A stretch of 64,000 nucleotides of DNA, taken from positions 111,478,001 through 111,542,000 of the forward strand of contig NC_087437.1 of assembly GCF_036321535.1 (NCBI RefSeq). Direction: 5' to 3'. This document shows, in pieces, positions 26,342 through 39,963 of this stretch. The position numbers were made by a program, and so were the translations under genes. Below the pieces are notes generated by a model. It saw only the letters and a program-made list of their open reading frames with translations. It was not told where the DNA came from and ran no database searches. Numbering within the stretch: the first letter of the stretch is position 1; each line of letters opens with the position of its first letter. The stretch comes from Camelus dromedarius. Taxonomy: Eukaryota.

Positions 26342-26911
26342 TACTTTTTAAACTTTCAAGATGATTCCATCAGGAAACTGCTTAAAGAACAAACATGTGT
26401 TTATACCCGAGGTAAGGAGATTTAACACCTTAAAGGACTGGAACCTCCCCAGTTTATCTTATCATTAACTCACAATGTATGGTAAACTCAGTTTATTCCT
26501 TTGAGGAGAACAGTAAACATATTTTGTAGGCTTACTGATGTCCACTTTGAGTGAATTTCTTCACTGGAAACAGGATTAATCATAAGCCATAAACCCTGTT
26601 TTCATGTTTATTGTGTTGGGAATTTTTTTCCCCAAAAAAAACTTCTCAGAGGTAAACCATAATTACTATATGCTTTTTTTAAATTAATTACTTTTTAAAA
26701 TGTACATATATGTACTGTTAGTTGTTTCCAGGAACAGTTTAGAGCTTTATCTTTTTAAACTTACATAGTTATCCAAGGAATAAAGCCAACTACAAAATAC
26801 AAATCAACAGAATGCAGTAAGTAGTCCACTCATAAAGGACAGGCAAATGTGCTTACATATATTCAAGAAATCAGTCATCTAAGTTATAACTCATAAGTAG
26901 TTTATTTGTGT

Positions 26912-27945
26912 CTTTTTTTTAGACTCCACATATAAGCGATATCATATGGAATTTTTCTTTCTCTTTTGGGTTTACTTCATTTAGAATGACGATCTCCAAG
27001 TCCATCCATGTTGCTGCAAATGGCTTTATTTCATTCTTTTTATGGCTGAGTAGTATTCCATTGTATATACATATCACATCTTCTTTATCTAGTCATCTGT
27101 TGATGGACATTGAGGTTGTTTCTTCCACGTCTTGGCTATTTTAAATAGTGCTGCTATGAACGTTGGAGTCTTTTTGAATTATAGTTTTCTCCAGGTATAT
27201 GCCCAGGGGTGGGATTGCTGGATCACATGGTAAGTCTATTCTTAGCTTTTTAAGGAACCTTCATACTGTTCTCCATAGTGGCTGCACCAATTTACATTTC
27301 CCCCGACAGTGTAGGAGGGTTCCTTTTTCTCCACAGCCTCTCCAGCATTTATCGTTTGTAGACTTTTTAATGATGGCAATTCTGACTGGTGGGAGGTGAT
27401 ACCTCATTGTAGTTTTGATTTGTATTTCTCTAAAAATTAGTAATGTTGAGCATTTTTTAATGTGCTTGTTGGCCATCTGTATGTCTTCATTGGAGTATTG
27501 CTTGTTTAGGTCTTCTGCCCATTTTTTTTTATTGGGTTGCTTAGTTTTTGTTTTTGTTTTTGTTTGATATCAAGGTATATGAGCTGTTTGTATATTTTAG
27601 AAATTAGTCCCTTGTTGGTCGCATTATTTACAAATATTTTCTCCCATTCTGTAGGATGTCTTTTTGTTTTGTTGATGGTATCCTTACCTGTGCAAAAGCT
27701 TTTAAATATAATTAGATCCCATTTGTTTATTTCTGCTTTTATTTCCACTACTCCAGGAGCTGGTTCAAAAGAAAACATTGCTGTGATTTATGTCCAAGAG
27801 TGCTCTGCCTGTGTTTTCCTCTAGGAGTTTTATAGTATCTGGTCTTACATTTGTCTTTAATCCATTTTGAGTGTATTTTTGTATATGGTGTTAGAGAATG
27901 TTCTAATTTCAGTCTTTGACAGGTAGCTGTCCAGTTTTCCCATAA
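26912..27945 (-). mobile_element. L1 ORF2 C-terminal fragment (relatively young, disrupted)
   Basis: Translations INKWDLIIFKSFCTGKDTINKTKRHPTEWEKIF and [38 protein letters not shown]...[15 protein letters not shown] are L1 ORF2p-like. Confidence 0.92.
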
Positions 27946-29380
27946 TTACTATACTCTTTACTGGACAAAGTCCCCAATCTGCTGACTGGGGCCACCCCAA
28001 ATTGTGCTTACTCAGAGACAACCAAGACCTCCAAGTCTTTTTCATTCATTTCTGTTTGATTCTCTGTCAAACCCTCCTATGTTTCTCCATTTTTCTTTTC
28101 TGCTCCCACCTGACTAAATCTTATCAGACAACTTGTAATCTTCATCACTTGAGCCTTGCGGGTCTCAAAGCCCATTAACAGGGAGACCTTTGTTCCAAAG
28201 ACTCATTACCATGCAGCACAAAGGGGAGGGTGATGCAGGCACTGGCTGCCTGGGAAGGTTTCCCTCTGTCATCCTGGCCTGACCCTTAATTATTAAATCT
28301 CCCCCTTGCACCCTCTAATGTGCCTGGGTTTGGAGAACAAATCTTATAATCTCACCAACAATGAGAAAAACCTGAAGATGGGGGCTGTTCTGATTGGGGA
28401 CTGCTCTTTGCCTTTTTTTTCTTGCTTCTTGGCCCCTGCTAATCCTTCCCTCATTTAAGGGCAAAAATCATTCTGTTTTCATGTACGAATCTGGCTCTGT
28501 TTCTTCTTCATCATTGGAAGATCATGCAGTGATTCTCAGACCAGTAGTCTGTGCATATTTTAAATATGCTTTTAACTGCCCGCCCCAAAAGAGTTCAGAT
28601 CAAATCCTCATTTCAGAGTGAGAGAAAATAAATGTGAATAAGACCCATCCTTACAGAGATAAAACAAAAACAGGACTGGAACCGAAGTCTCCTCATGCAC
28701 AGGTCGTTTTGCCCCCAGGCTGGTTCTCTTCAGAGCCACGTCAGGACTGGATCCTCCCAGGTTTCCCTTCAGAGTGAAGACACAGACAACAGCGGTTGCC
28801 TTGGAAACTCTGCCCGGTGAGCTGACATTACGGGATTTCACTCGCCCTACTCTGTGGCTGACATCCAACCCTGACTAATTTAAGTTCTGGTTGCTTCTGG
28901 CTTTGCTAAGGGGACACAGGGATGGGAGGGAGAGAACAGGAGGACAAGCGAAAGTGAAATGATTACAGCAGGACTTTTTTTCCTCATTGAAAGCAACTCA
29001 AGTAGTGACAAAAGAAATCACTAATGTATTTTAATAACTATGATTCTCGAGCAAACATTGGTGACCAGAGATGCTGTTAAGTGTTCACGTGCCCATGTGT
29101 TAATTCTATTCAGGATTCCGCGAACCGATTCAAGAATATTTTCAAGATGTGCCTCCTGCCAGCCACCTCCGACTGTTAATTAAGCAGCAGCAGCAAACAT
29201 GGGCGGTGCTTCCATTCGAAGTCTCTCTCATGGTCTTGGCTCTCTCAAGGGCAGAATATTGTCCACATCCACCAGATGACAGATGGTTGGTACCATCCTC
29301 TATCAGCTGTTGATCAAGGTCTCCATCTCAGCAAGTTTCTACTAAAATTTAAAATGTTGTATTAGTTTCTGGTGTACAGC

Positions 29381-29817
29381 ATGGATGGATGTGGAGGACA
29401 TTATGCTAAGTAAAATAAGTCAGACAGAGAAAGACAAATACTATAAGATACCACTTACATGTGGAATCTAAAAAAAAAATACAACAAACTAGTGAATATA
29501 ACAGAAAAGAAACAGACTCACAGACGTAGAGAAGGAACTAGTGGTTACCAGTGGGGAGAGGGAAGGAGGAGGGGCAAGATGGAGGTGGAAGATTAGGAGA
29601 CAGAAACTATCAGGTATAAAATAAGATGCAAGGATGTATTGTACACCATGGGGAACATGGGCAATATTTTATAATAACTATAAATGGAGTATAAACTTTA
29701 AAATTTGTGAATCACTATATTGTATACTTGTAACATACACTGTACATCAACTATACTTCAATTTAAAAATATGATATTGTAAAATAAATACATAAATTTA
29801 AAAAGGTTAAAAAAATA
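29381..29817 (+). mobile_element. L1 3' end
   Basis: atggatggatgtggaggacattatgctaagtaaaataagtcagacagagaaagacaaatact...catcaactatacttcaat plus A-rich tail. Confidence 0.85.
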
Positions 29818-30539
29818 AGTGTTCCACTAACACAACAAAACTTCTGATTGCTTTTACTAGATGAATCAGAGGAGGAAACTTCCAGATCATTCTAGCCCAG
29901 CTTCCTCTTTGTATAGATGAGGAAGCTGAGGCTGGGGGATGGGAAGTCGAGGACGCCAACTGCTCTGCTAGTTAGAGGCAAGGCAGGACCTAGATCCTGA
30001 GGCTCCAGGCTTCCCAGTCTGGTCCCACCTCACTGCACTGCTTCTTTGCCCCGACTTTCTGTTGAGCAAAATAATTTAATGCACATATATACATATATAA
30101 AACCTTCCGTTCCAGTCAATGGAAGTCTGACTTAAAGTGAAATTATCTGAATTTAAGGTTTTGGAAACTGTTTTCATCTAAATAAAATGCTTTTGATGCC
30201 TCATCCTACAAAGAAATAAGTGTTCCTTAACGTTTCCAAAGGAATAGACAGCGTTGAGACAGCGAGGATTCCCAGGAAGTCCCATGAGTCAGACTTTGGA
30301 GCCAGGTGATCAGAAACGAACTTCTCTGGAAGCCTGACACCACCCTCTTGACAAGTCCAACCGGAGCTGGAAGCATTTAGCAGCATTTAGGACTCAGAAG
30401 GTCCTGGGGGTGTGGGGGTGGGGATGCTTAGTAATGACCCTGAGTCGTGGAAACAGAAAAAATGACTGAAAGAGAAAACATAATTAACTTCTCAGTGTAA
30501 AATGCAAATCTCTTGGGGGGAAAGCCTGTGGGAGGGTAG

Positions 30540-31100
30540 GTGTAGACGGTTTCGGAATGAATGCTGACTAACCCAAGCCCCTGGCACTGGCGGGGGCTGG
30601 CGGGGAGAGGTCTTGACCGTCAGGTTGATTAAGGAGCCCGGTTACGAGAGCGGAGAGGGATAAACTCCGGGTGGAGACGGGGCAGCCGACGGGAAGGGGC
30701 TCCTGCCGCTCCTCTCGCCGCTGCGGCGGTGACCACGCTGGACGCGACGAACGTTTACGTGGTGCATTGCGGCCCCTTGTGGTCTGATTAAGGAAAAAAA
30801 AGTCGAACTCAAAGCCAGAGTAATACTAACCTACTTTACAGGTGTCAAGTGAGGCGCTGAAAAAATGACTACAGTGTTCAGAGTCATTAATAATCGTGAG
30901 CAAACAGATGAGCCTACGAAAGGGGCGTTTATTCTCTGTCCTCGAAAACAGCGCGTCTCAGATGTGAACGTGGGTGGCGGCCACTGGGGGTCTTGGTGGA
31001 TTCCGGCTCTGATTCACATAGGCCTGGCAGGGCCTGGGGGAAGATGCCCGCGCTTTGAGAGGCCAGGGGCTCACAGGAAGGCGCCGGCCTTTGGATGAGC
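30540..31100. promoter_or_regulatory. Small orphan CpG island
   Basis: About 22 CpG between 30591 and 30771, outside any recognisable repeat or coding exon. Confidence 0.55.
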
Positions 31101-31944
31101 CAAGGCTGCTCCATCAGACCCCTCTAACTCCGGGGGCCACAGGCACCCTGGAGAGCATCCCCTGGGGTTACAATGCCTTCCCGTACCCAAACACTAGGGA
31201 ACCCAAAAAACCACATTTCTTTCGCTTCTTCAAGCTAAAGGGCCTCTCTCCCCAAGCTCTAAGACAGCCTTTCCTCCCCAGGAAAGAATGTCTTGAGAAG
31301 GCAAAGCCCCTGACACCTTCTTACCTTATCAAGGAACTTCTTGTCAGAGTTGCCATAGGCCTGTGCTTTGTGGATTTCCATGTTAATAAGAGTCATGGTT
31401 TTCTTTGGCTTTCTGGTCGTTGAAAGCAGCAGGATGTTTCCAACGTTCTTTTATTTCCAAATCTCCTCTTGCATATTTGAAGGTGGCTTGTGTGTTTATC
31501 TACTAGGCTTCTCCCCCACACCCTGAGGCCCCTTGTAATTCTGCATCTTGCTTCAAGTAGCAAAGTTGCATCTACACCCCACCCCCAATTCCAAGAATTC
31601 ATTGTATTTGGTTAGGGGGAAAAATGATACAAAGTATTTTTAACTTGGTGTGGGAGGAGAAAGATGGAATAGATAAGGCAGTAGAATGATCACAGGTGGG
31701 TAATTACACATGTAAATGAGTTCAATTTGGTAATTTTCCCTCGGATTCCTATTTACATTGGTTAACGTTGAATTCTAACCCCACATCACCACTGCATTTT
31801 AGGGTAGTTTATTTTTAGTCTTATATGTCAATTCTGAAACATTAAAAGCAATTCAGAATGCTTTGGTATAAAAATTTTTCTCAGATGTTTTTCACATTTT
31901 TCCATTTACTGTCATAACTGTACAAAGCAGACAGGGGATGAAAA

Positions 31945-32960
31945 TTCTCTTTATTTAACAAGTATTAATTACCTCCAACATACAAGGTCTCACATCTTAG
32001 GTCTCTGGGGAAAAAAATCAGTCTTGCAGGAAAGGTTCCCACAAAAACTATAATATGAAATCAAATGAGGCAAGAAGAACATCCTGGAGTAATTTAGGAA
32101 TGATAAGGTGGGAGAAGTTACTTTTGACTCAGAAATCAGCAAGGACTTCCTGGAGGAAGTGACGTTCAAGCAGGACCTTGAAGGACAAGTAAGAATTGTG
32201 AGTCAGAGTGTTCTGGTTGCAGAAGCTCCAAGTGCCAAATAGGAAAAGTGGGAGATACAGCTGGGAAGCCATCTGGGGCCAGATCAGGAGACTTGGAAAC
32301 TCAGATTAAGAGAACTGTATTCTGTGTGCTATGGAGTAATGCTGAATGAGTCAAGATTCATTTGACAATGGTGAGTTTGCGGAATTGGGGGATTAAAGCA
32401 TGAAGACAAATTAAGCAATAACTCAGGAGATAACGAAGCCTGAAAAGAACAAGTGACAAGAGAGAAATGGACAGGGTGGGGAGTAAGAGGCTTTGGGAAA
32501 GAAGAGAGGGGACCTGACGATTGATCAGAAGTAGGGCTAGGAATGGTGAAGAGCTCATGTGATTCTAGGTTTTGCATCCAGGCCACAAGAAGGGGGACGA
32601 TGTCACTAAGAACTCAGGGGGCACAGGAAGGGGACAGGGCTGTGTAGGGCCTTGAGAACAAAACCATCAGTTTCCATTAGAGTGAACACACTCTGCACAC
32701 CTGGAGGACATGGGGCCAGTGATGGGGGCTGCAGGGGATGGGGGTGTGGTCAGGTCATTGGGGAATCAGAACCGGGGCGGGGAGACAGTTCAGGGCTGTG
32801 GGAGTCAGAGACCCAGGGATGGTCCCTGAAGTCATGGCAGGGCGGGAAGTATCCAAGAGAGCCTGGAGAGAGACACAAGGGCAAGGGCAGAGCTCAGGGG
32901 AAGCAGGAGAAAGGAGCGCAGCCAGAAAGGGCAGCGAGGGAGGAGGAGGGCAGGGCAGAT
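31945..32960. mobile_element. Degraded L2 fragments
   Basis: ggacttcctggaggaagtgacgtt...gaccttgaaggacaagtaagaatt and related purine-rich L2-like motifs. Confidence 0.5.
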
Positions 32961-35385
32961 GCCATTAAAGATGGAGTATGAGTGCACTTGCTTGTTGGTC
33001 TGACAAGAAAACTTTCACACACACACTAACAAAGATATAATGAAGCCCGACACCCATTCAGCGACGATCAGTGACCAGGTGATGCCCAGGCAATGCCTCT
33101 CACTGTGCGGCTACTTCACTGAAGCATTTTACAGCAAATCCCACGCCTCATAGCATCTTGCCCCTGCACATTTTATCACGCCTCGCTGAGACATATGGAC
33201 AACTGAGAGGAGAATTTTAAAGGGGAGGACAATCTTAAGTTGTTGGAAATTTTAGGGATTTCAGACAGACAGAAGCACTCTGTAGGAAGTCCTCAGTGGC
33301 CCTGGAGAGAGCAGATTCAGCAATGCCCAGAGTGGGAGACCAGGGCGGGGAGAGGGGCTACGGTTACAAGCAGGACAGCAGTTCAGGGAGGTATGGGCTG
33401 CAGGAAGGATGTCTGTCACCAGGAAGAGACCTGAGCATGCTTGTAGGGTGAGATTCAAGAATGCGGAAAGTGGACAGAGGCTGAAGACGTCAAAAAAAAA
33501 CAGGTATGTGAAGCAACAATCCCATTCATTCCACCAAACATTAAATGAGCATTTGCCACGTGGCTGCATTCCTTTCAGCACAACCACAAGACATATAATC
33601 GCTGCTCTCGTGGAGGTGACACTCCAGCAGTGAGACAGAATTTAAACACACAAACATAAACTACGATGTTCAACGTGATAATTGCAGTAAAGCAAAATAA
33701 ATGGCACGTAAGGGAGGTGGTTGCCAGGGAGATCCAGGATACACGGAGAGGTGAGAGCTTGAAACGGGCCAGCCAGCGACTCTGGGCAGAGGAGGGGAGA
33801 GGCCGGGAGACACCGCAGCCAGAGAACCAAAGTAGGGATGAAGGAAGAGGAGGGAACTCTCGTCAAGGGGGCTCAATCAGCTTCAATTACAGAAGAAAAA
33901 GAGGGAGAAGTTCATGACTTCTAAACCCTGCTAGGCACTAAGATTGCTAATACTACAGCGACGGATCCAGCTCCCTTGCATGTGTTTTACTGTCAAGACG
34001 CAAGGAGGCACCGCGACTGCACTTGGCGTGGAGAGGAGGCAGCAACGCACAGGAGAAAAGCCCTGGGTCCACTCGCTGGCAGAGCCAGACTTGGGCATCC
34101 ATAGAATGGGAAGAAGGGTTTCTGCGGAAGAGGGTTTTGTGAGAACTGGCGGAGCTCCAAGCACAGTGCTGGGTACACACTAATGATCATTAAACGGTAA
34201 GAATAGAGCGGTCACCCCCAGCCACAAGCTGCTGTCTGTCCCCTTCAGGGAAAACCCTTTAAAGAATTCTTAAGATTTCTCTTCAAAATGGTTACACACC
34301 CTTGTATTTGCTTTGGAAAATGTTATTCAATCAAACATACATCCTACTTTTTCAAAACTTCTATGATTCTCAAGAAACCTTCAAAATTACAAGCCTACAG
34401 CTCCCAGGAGAAACATAAAGGTGACAATGTTAAGAAGAGAACTAAATTATTCCATTTCCTCAACTCTTCGAAGTCGGTGCCTGGATTCTCATTTTCCTCC
34501 TTTGAATTATTTGTTTTCCTTTCAGCTTACATAGGTTGAAGGGGCCCTTGAGAGATTACCTTGTCCATTTCTCTGCCTTAAAATTAGAGAGGATCTAAAA
34601 ACCATGGTGGTAATCGTTTACGGGGGAAGAAAAGTGATAGTTAATTTAATTTTGTCAAGCTAGCAATGGTCGAGACCGACTTGAATGAAGTGGGGCCAGT
34701 TCTACTGGAAATCACATTTGGGCCAATAAAACGCTGGACCCCAGCACATCACTTCCTTAGCCCCCTTCACCTCACGCTGCCTCTGTTTATTATCTCAAAA
34801 TTTTAGATGAGTGTAAACATTCTGAGGAGACTACAATTATATAGGTTGGCCTGGACTGCACTCGGACCATCGTGACCGGCAGCTCGGATAACAAAACACC
34901 CCGCAGATGGAACTCAGCTCTCATTAAACAAAATTAACACTTAGCACCCAAAACATGTCTGGGTTAGATTCAAGAGTAAATTATCTTCTCTCAGTTCACA
35001 AGTGATTGCAAACAAACTTTCTGTTTGTTCACAGGCAAGCAACTGCTCAGTTATTTACTGTATTCAGGAAGGACAAAAAAGGTGTGTGTAACATAGACTA
35101 TTTATAAAGAAGAATTAATAAAATGACACTTTTAGGCTAATGGATTGCTTATTCTTGAGCTTGCCCTTAAAACTGTCAACTGGCCTGACTGACCAACCAG
35201 TTGCTGTTCACAGCTCCAGGTCCGTTGTTAAAATAAAGCTATTAATTTTACTGTTTCTGCTTTATTCCAGTAATCAAAAGTAATAATCATGCTTGGTTTC
35301 TGAGTTGTTCTCCAGGGAGAAAGTCACAGAACTGTAACCTTACAAAACAGGCTAAATACCAAGAAGACCATGCCTTGGGCTCTTA

Positions 35386-35684
35386 TGAGATAAAGATTGA
35401 AAAAGTGACAACCCCAGCCTCTATGGAATGGGTCGCCTGGAGGCATCATGACGCCACTCTAAGTCTTATGACCAGAAAATGATTCTGTTGTTTATTGTTT
35501 GAGCCCTGGCTGTATAATCACCCTGCTCCGTCCCCAAGGTGGGTGCACAGTTCTGAAGGCACCACCCTGCTGTGAGTCTCCTTTGCCCGGCAAAGTAATA
35601 AAGCTGCCTCTTTTCTTCTAAGCTCCAAGACCCTGTCTCTGAGTTATTTGGCTCATCAGGGACGGGGCCAAATCTTTCAGCAAC
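35386..35684 (+). mobile_element. ERV1-like LTR (5' boundary uncertain)
   Basis: gtataatc TATA-like motif, then ctcctttgcccggcaaagtaataaagctg poly(A) region, ending ...tcagcaac. Confidence 0.55.
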
Positions 35685-35894
35685 TTTTATATAAAATCTT
35701 AAGTCATTTGTTCGCAAATGTTTTGCTTTTCCCCCAGAAGAGGTGAAGATGGTGACTGTAATCACCAAGGTCTTAAGATACAGTGTTTCATTTCAGATTT
35801 ATTAAATGAAAGGGTATCAGGATCTAGTCTTTTGGGTGTTGAATAGAGAAGTCAGTTAACAGTAAGCAGGGGAATTCAAAATAGACAGTAATAT

Positions 35895-36070
35895 GCTGGG
35901 AAACCAGCTCTCTGGGGAGAAGAAATCCTGATTTTTTAGCACTTGCTGATTGCTCTGGTGTAAATACTCCTAATCACCGACAATTTGAAGCTTCCAAAGA
36001 TTTAAGAGTCAGCTCACAAATTCCTGAAAACTGAACAATTGACTCAGTTTCTGCAGGCCCTGGAGCCAGA
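35895..36070. mobile_element. MER63-like hAT DNA transposon fragment
   Basis: aaccagctctctgggg...ggtgtaaatactcc...ctcacaaattcctgaaaa. Confidence 0.5.
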
Positions 36071-38544
36071 GGGGGCTGCTTTAAGAGTTCTTTCATGCCT
36101 TCTCTCTTATTTGTCCAAACTCAGTTGTTAAGCCACTAAAAAGTGTGAATTTCATACCTTAGGATCCCAACACAGGTTTTAAAAAAGATATTTTGTCCTA
36201 GGCAGTGAATAAAATCCGGTTATAAAAGAATGTCTAATGATGCAGAAATGTTTATGAAATATTTTAAGTAAAAACGGTAAATTTGCATATGACTACAAGG
36301 ATATACTCCGAAAAAGTGATCATTACTCTGGTTGTGAGATTGTTTGTGGATTTTATTTTGTTCTTTGTGCTATTGTTCTACTTTTCAAGTTTTCTACAAT
36401 GTCTGTGTATTTGTAATTGGAGAACTAAATCTAGTGTTACTATTTTTTTTTTAAATATGGTGTTTCAGATGTTTTTCTTTTATGTCCATACAATACACTC
36501 TTACAGGGAGACTGGCTAGAAGACTGAATTAGATCGACTCATTTTAAGCAAGACTACCCTTCGTCATTCATTTTTGTGACACTTTAAAAAACAGAGGCTC
36601 AAAATGATTGAATGACTGCCCAAGGTCACCTGGCTAATAAAGCAGTTGAAGCGGGGACTCTGGCCCAGGATCCCTGCTACCCCTGAGATTTCCCTCAAAA
36701 ACACATCACCTTGCTCATCATGGTTCCTTCTTTCAAGAAGTTCTTACTGAACACCTAGACCCAGTCCTGCAAGGAGGCACTCTCCTGGTTTTGCTCATTT
36801 TAAATGCCCCAAGCATGACCAGAATCACCCAGGCAGGACACACTCCATCCAGGCACTGACGCTACACAAGCCTGCCCACAGCAGGCTCTTCAGCTTGGAA
36901 ATGTTTGAACGTAACAGGAGAGCTAGCTGAGCATGACAGAACCCACATTCTGGGATGAAAACCATGTACAGTGTTCTACACACATGCATTTACAACAGTC
37001 TGTAAATACCACGTAACAGGTCCTGACACCAGTCTCCCACTGCTCCCTAAAGGACTAGGGAGTCCCCTTTTCAACGATGGCTGAAGAAACAAATTCTGGG
37101 TAGATCCTTTCTGAAGCCTTTTTTGGGTCCTGTGCAATATGGGCTGGAATGCCCGTTTCTTGCTTCAGGACCCTCATTTCTGTTCATGGGCAGTGCTTTG
37201 CCAGAGCTTGGTAACCAGAAACAACAGCATGTGGCATTTATAAGGAATATGGGAGCAAGAACCCACTTCCCAAGGAAGAGGTTTTAGTATGTGGACATAC
37301 AGGGCAAGTAGGAAAAAACAACAAAAAACCCACAGCATTCCAATGAGCTCCCATGCAAAGCCAGAAAAGCCAAGCCACCAGGCTTCAGGGAAACAGGTGG
37401 CCCCAGGGGAGGCTGGCCCACAGTGTGGGAAAGGCCTCTGTCCTCTAAGTGCCACAGCAGCGCACAGGGAGGACAAAGCGGTCCCACGTGGGCCCCTCGG
37501 GGTGAGCAGTGTGGGAGCCTCAGAGCTGCCTCTCCCTCGGCGATGGCAAGGCCACCCCTTCAGTGACATCACAGGCAGAGGCCAAAGATGCGGGCTGTGC
37601 CTTATGAGACACGACTGCTTCCTGGCATTTATCTACTTCCAGATGTTTCAGCAAAGACCATGTGATACAAGCGTGTGTGAGCTTTCCACCCACACTCCAG
37701 GGATGGTTAGTTAACTTCATCTGACCCTACCTGGAAATAAAATTCCAGGGTGGTGAGTTTGCCAGAAAAGGCTAATCAAAGGCCCGCACTTAGAGGAGCC
37801 ACAGAGGCACTTGGGCTGTTTATCTCTCAATCCACAACAGAAGCTTGGTTAGCACTGTGGAAATTATTTTTCACTGGTGAAATGAGTAGTTTTCAAAATG
37901 TTTGGATTAGCTAGAAATCCTGGCCCAGAATGAACAGGGTAAAAGGAACTGGGGAGCCAGACTGCCTGCCTCTTTGGAATGGCCCTGAAAGTGATCGTTG
38001 GAGGATTCTGTTACCTGTGCAACCAAAGTTAGCTGGATCTTATTGTTAAAATGCTCTCCCATCTGCTCTAAATGAACTTTGACACAAGTGCCACTGAAGC
38101 ACTAAAAGGACAGACCCTTGGGACTTCATCGAGCCTGCTGAGGCAGGATGACTGTCCTGTTGCCAGTAGGTGTCGAGAGACCTGGAGGGCTTGCTAATTT
38201 CAGATTATTAGAGGCTGCTGATGACCTATCGAAAAGAACTCAGTAACTGTCAGTGATCAAGTCAATCTGACTCAGGACCTTTTGCTATGGTAACTTTAAG
38301 TATTCTCAGAAATCATCAGGGAAGAGCAGAAGCTGAGTTACTCACACGCGCTGAGTACTAGTGTTATGTGGCCTCTTCTGTACTCAAAAACAGAGGGGGG
38401 CTGGGGAACCCTGGGGTTACTCTGTAGGCCTGAGCAGGCCCGCCACTCAGCCACGTCCTGGAATGTGCGGAACTCAGGGCACCAGGATTTTTGAGCTCAG
38501 TTAAATAATTCAGTTTTGTAAAAATCAACTGTAAAACATTTTGC

Positions 38545-38557
38545 TTTAATCTTTATT
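38545..38557 (-). terminator. MIS18A: Likely MIS18A polyadenylation signals (AATAAA then ATTAAA)
   Basis: Plus strand TTTATT at 38552-38557 and TTTAAT at 38545-38550, about 720 nt past the stop codon, followed on the minus strand by T/GT-rich sequence. Confidence 0.65.
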
Positions 38558-39272
38558 TTCTCCCTGATTATAAAAATAACATGCGCTTACTCTAAGTCCT
38601 ACATTATAGAAAACTGGAAAGCTGAAAATATCCCCAGAATCCCACCCTCAGAAATGACTACCACTTTGGTAAATATTCTGCCAGATTTGGGGGGCATACA
38701 GTAGCAAATTAACAGGGTAAGTGGAATTCTGCGACTACTAGAATACATGCTGTTCTGCTCCTGTGCAAGGTTTCAAACAGTCCTGACAAGTGACTCAGCT
38801 GATCAGTTTCTCCACAGAGCTGTACGCATTCGTTTCAGAGAAGAGTCAACCACATAGTGGGTAGAAAAACCTCTAAGATTTTCTTACCACTCAATATTAA
38901 ATATTGTTCAAAGTATTAAAGATGAAATAAAGTTTAAAGAAATAGGAAATAAAGAATAATGAATTTGGTACAGAGAAAACAGTCTAGAAAATCACAGCAG
39001 TTTGTTATCCAGACAAAAACCCCTAAATGCCACTTCCAGCAAGTATCACGACTTTAAAACTGGAATTTGGGAAACAATCCTCCTTCTACCATCAGGTACA
39101 GCCGGGAAAGTAATTTACGATTCTTCTCATTTGACCAGTACAAGAGAATACAATGTACATGCCCATTCAGAATTCTTTCCATTCGAAGTGAAGTAAATTA
39201 TAACAAGAAACGCTACGTGTGAAACAACTGTCCACCAGTGGAAGACTCCAGAAGGGGGACTTGGAACCGATT

Positions 39273-39353
39273 TCAGCTTTTGCAACTGGTAAAGGACAAT
39301 TTTGATTCAGCCTCCCACAGCTTTGTTTGTAATGCTTTCAAAACATCCTCCAT
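39273..39353 (-). CDS. MIS18A: MIS18A coding exon 5 (C-terminal helix, stop codon)
   Basis: Poly-T tract then caatAG; 81 nt; reads MEDVLKALQTKLWEAESKLSFTSCKS-TGA. The five exons sum to 711 nt = 236 aa plus stop. Confidence 0.96.
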   Translation of the reverse strand: MEDVLKALQTKLWEAESKLSFTSCKS

Positions 39354-39963
39354 CTATTGGATTGAAAAAAGAATACAAAAAAAAAAAAATACATATGATT
39401 AAAATTATACTTGGTTAAATATGATTAAAATATATACCATTAATATAATTTCTGAATGTTATGGATTACACAGAGATATTCAGTGTTTATTTAATGGAAT
39501 TCTATTTATATAAGACATACATCTATTAACAGTAGTTCTCAACCTCTAATCTACAGCTTTTTTATACATTCATCACTCTCTTGCTTATCTGGCAATGAGA
39601 TGTTAACAATCAATAACAAGGTTATTTTTACCATGTGAGTTGAATCAAAGGAAATATTGATTTCATTAAAACATATTTCCATTTTAATAGTTTCAGAATA
39701 TATATTACTTTGATTTTAGCATGAAATGTCTTCTTTACTATTATTTTTTTTATAAAGCTTTAGCATAATTTGTAATCTGGCTCCCAAAAAATCAACCTTA
39801 CCAACTGAAATAAACAATTAATAATAAAACAAAATAAGCACTCTCACCAGGAAAGTGCTAAGATCAAAACAGAAGACATTATAAGCATTATTTGTGGAGA
39901 AGCTCTTGTTCACTGACTGGAAGTTGTTCATACAAAGATACAAAAAGTGCAGAACAAAATTAC

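Noticed and set aside
26410..26910. AT-rich segment that might be a DNA transposon or a retrocopied 3'UTR
   Set aside because: I could not identify terminal repeats, a TSD or a parent sequence; it needs a database search.
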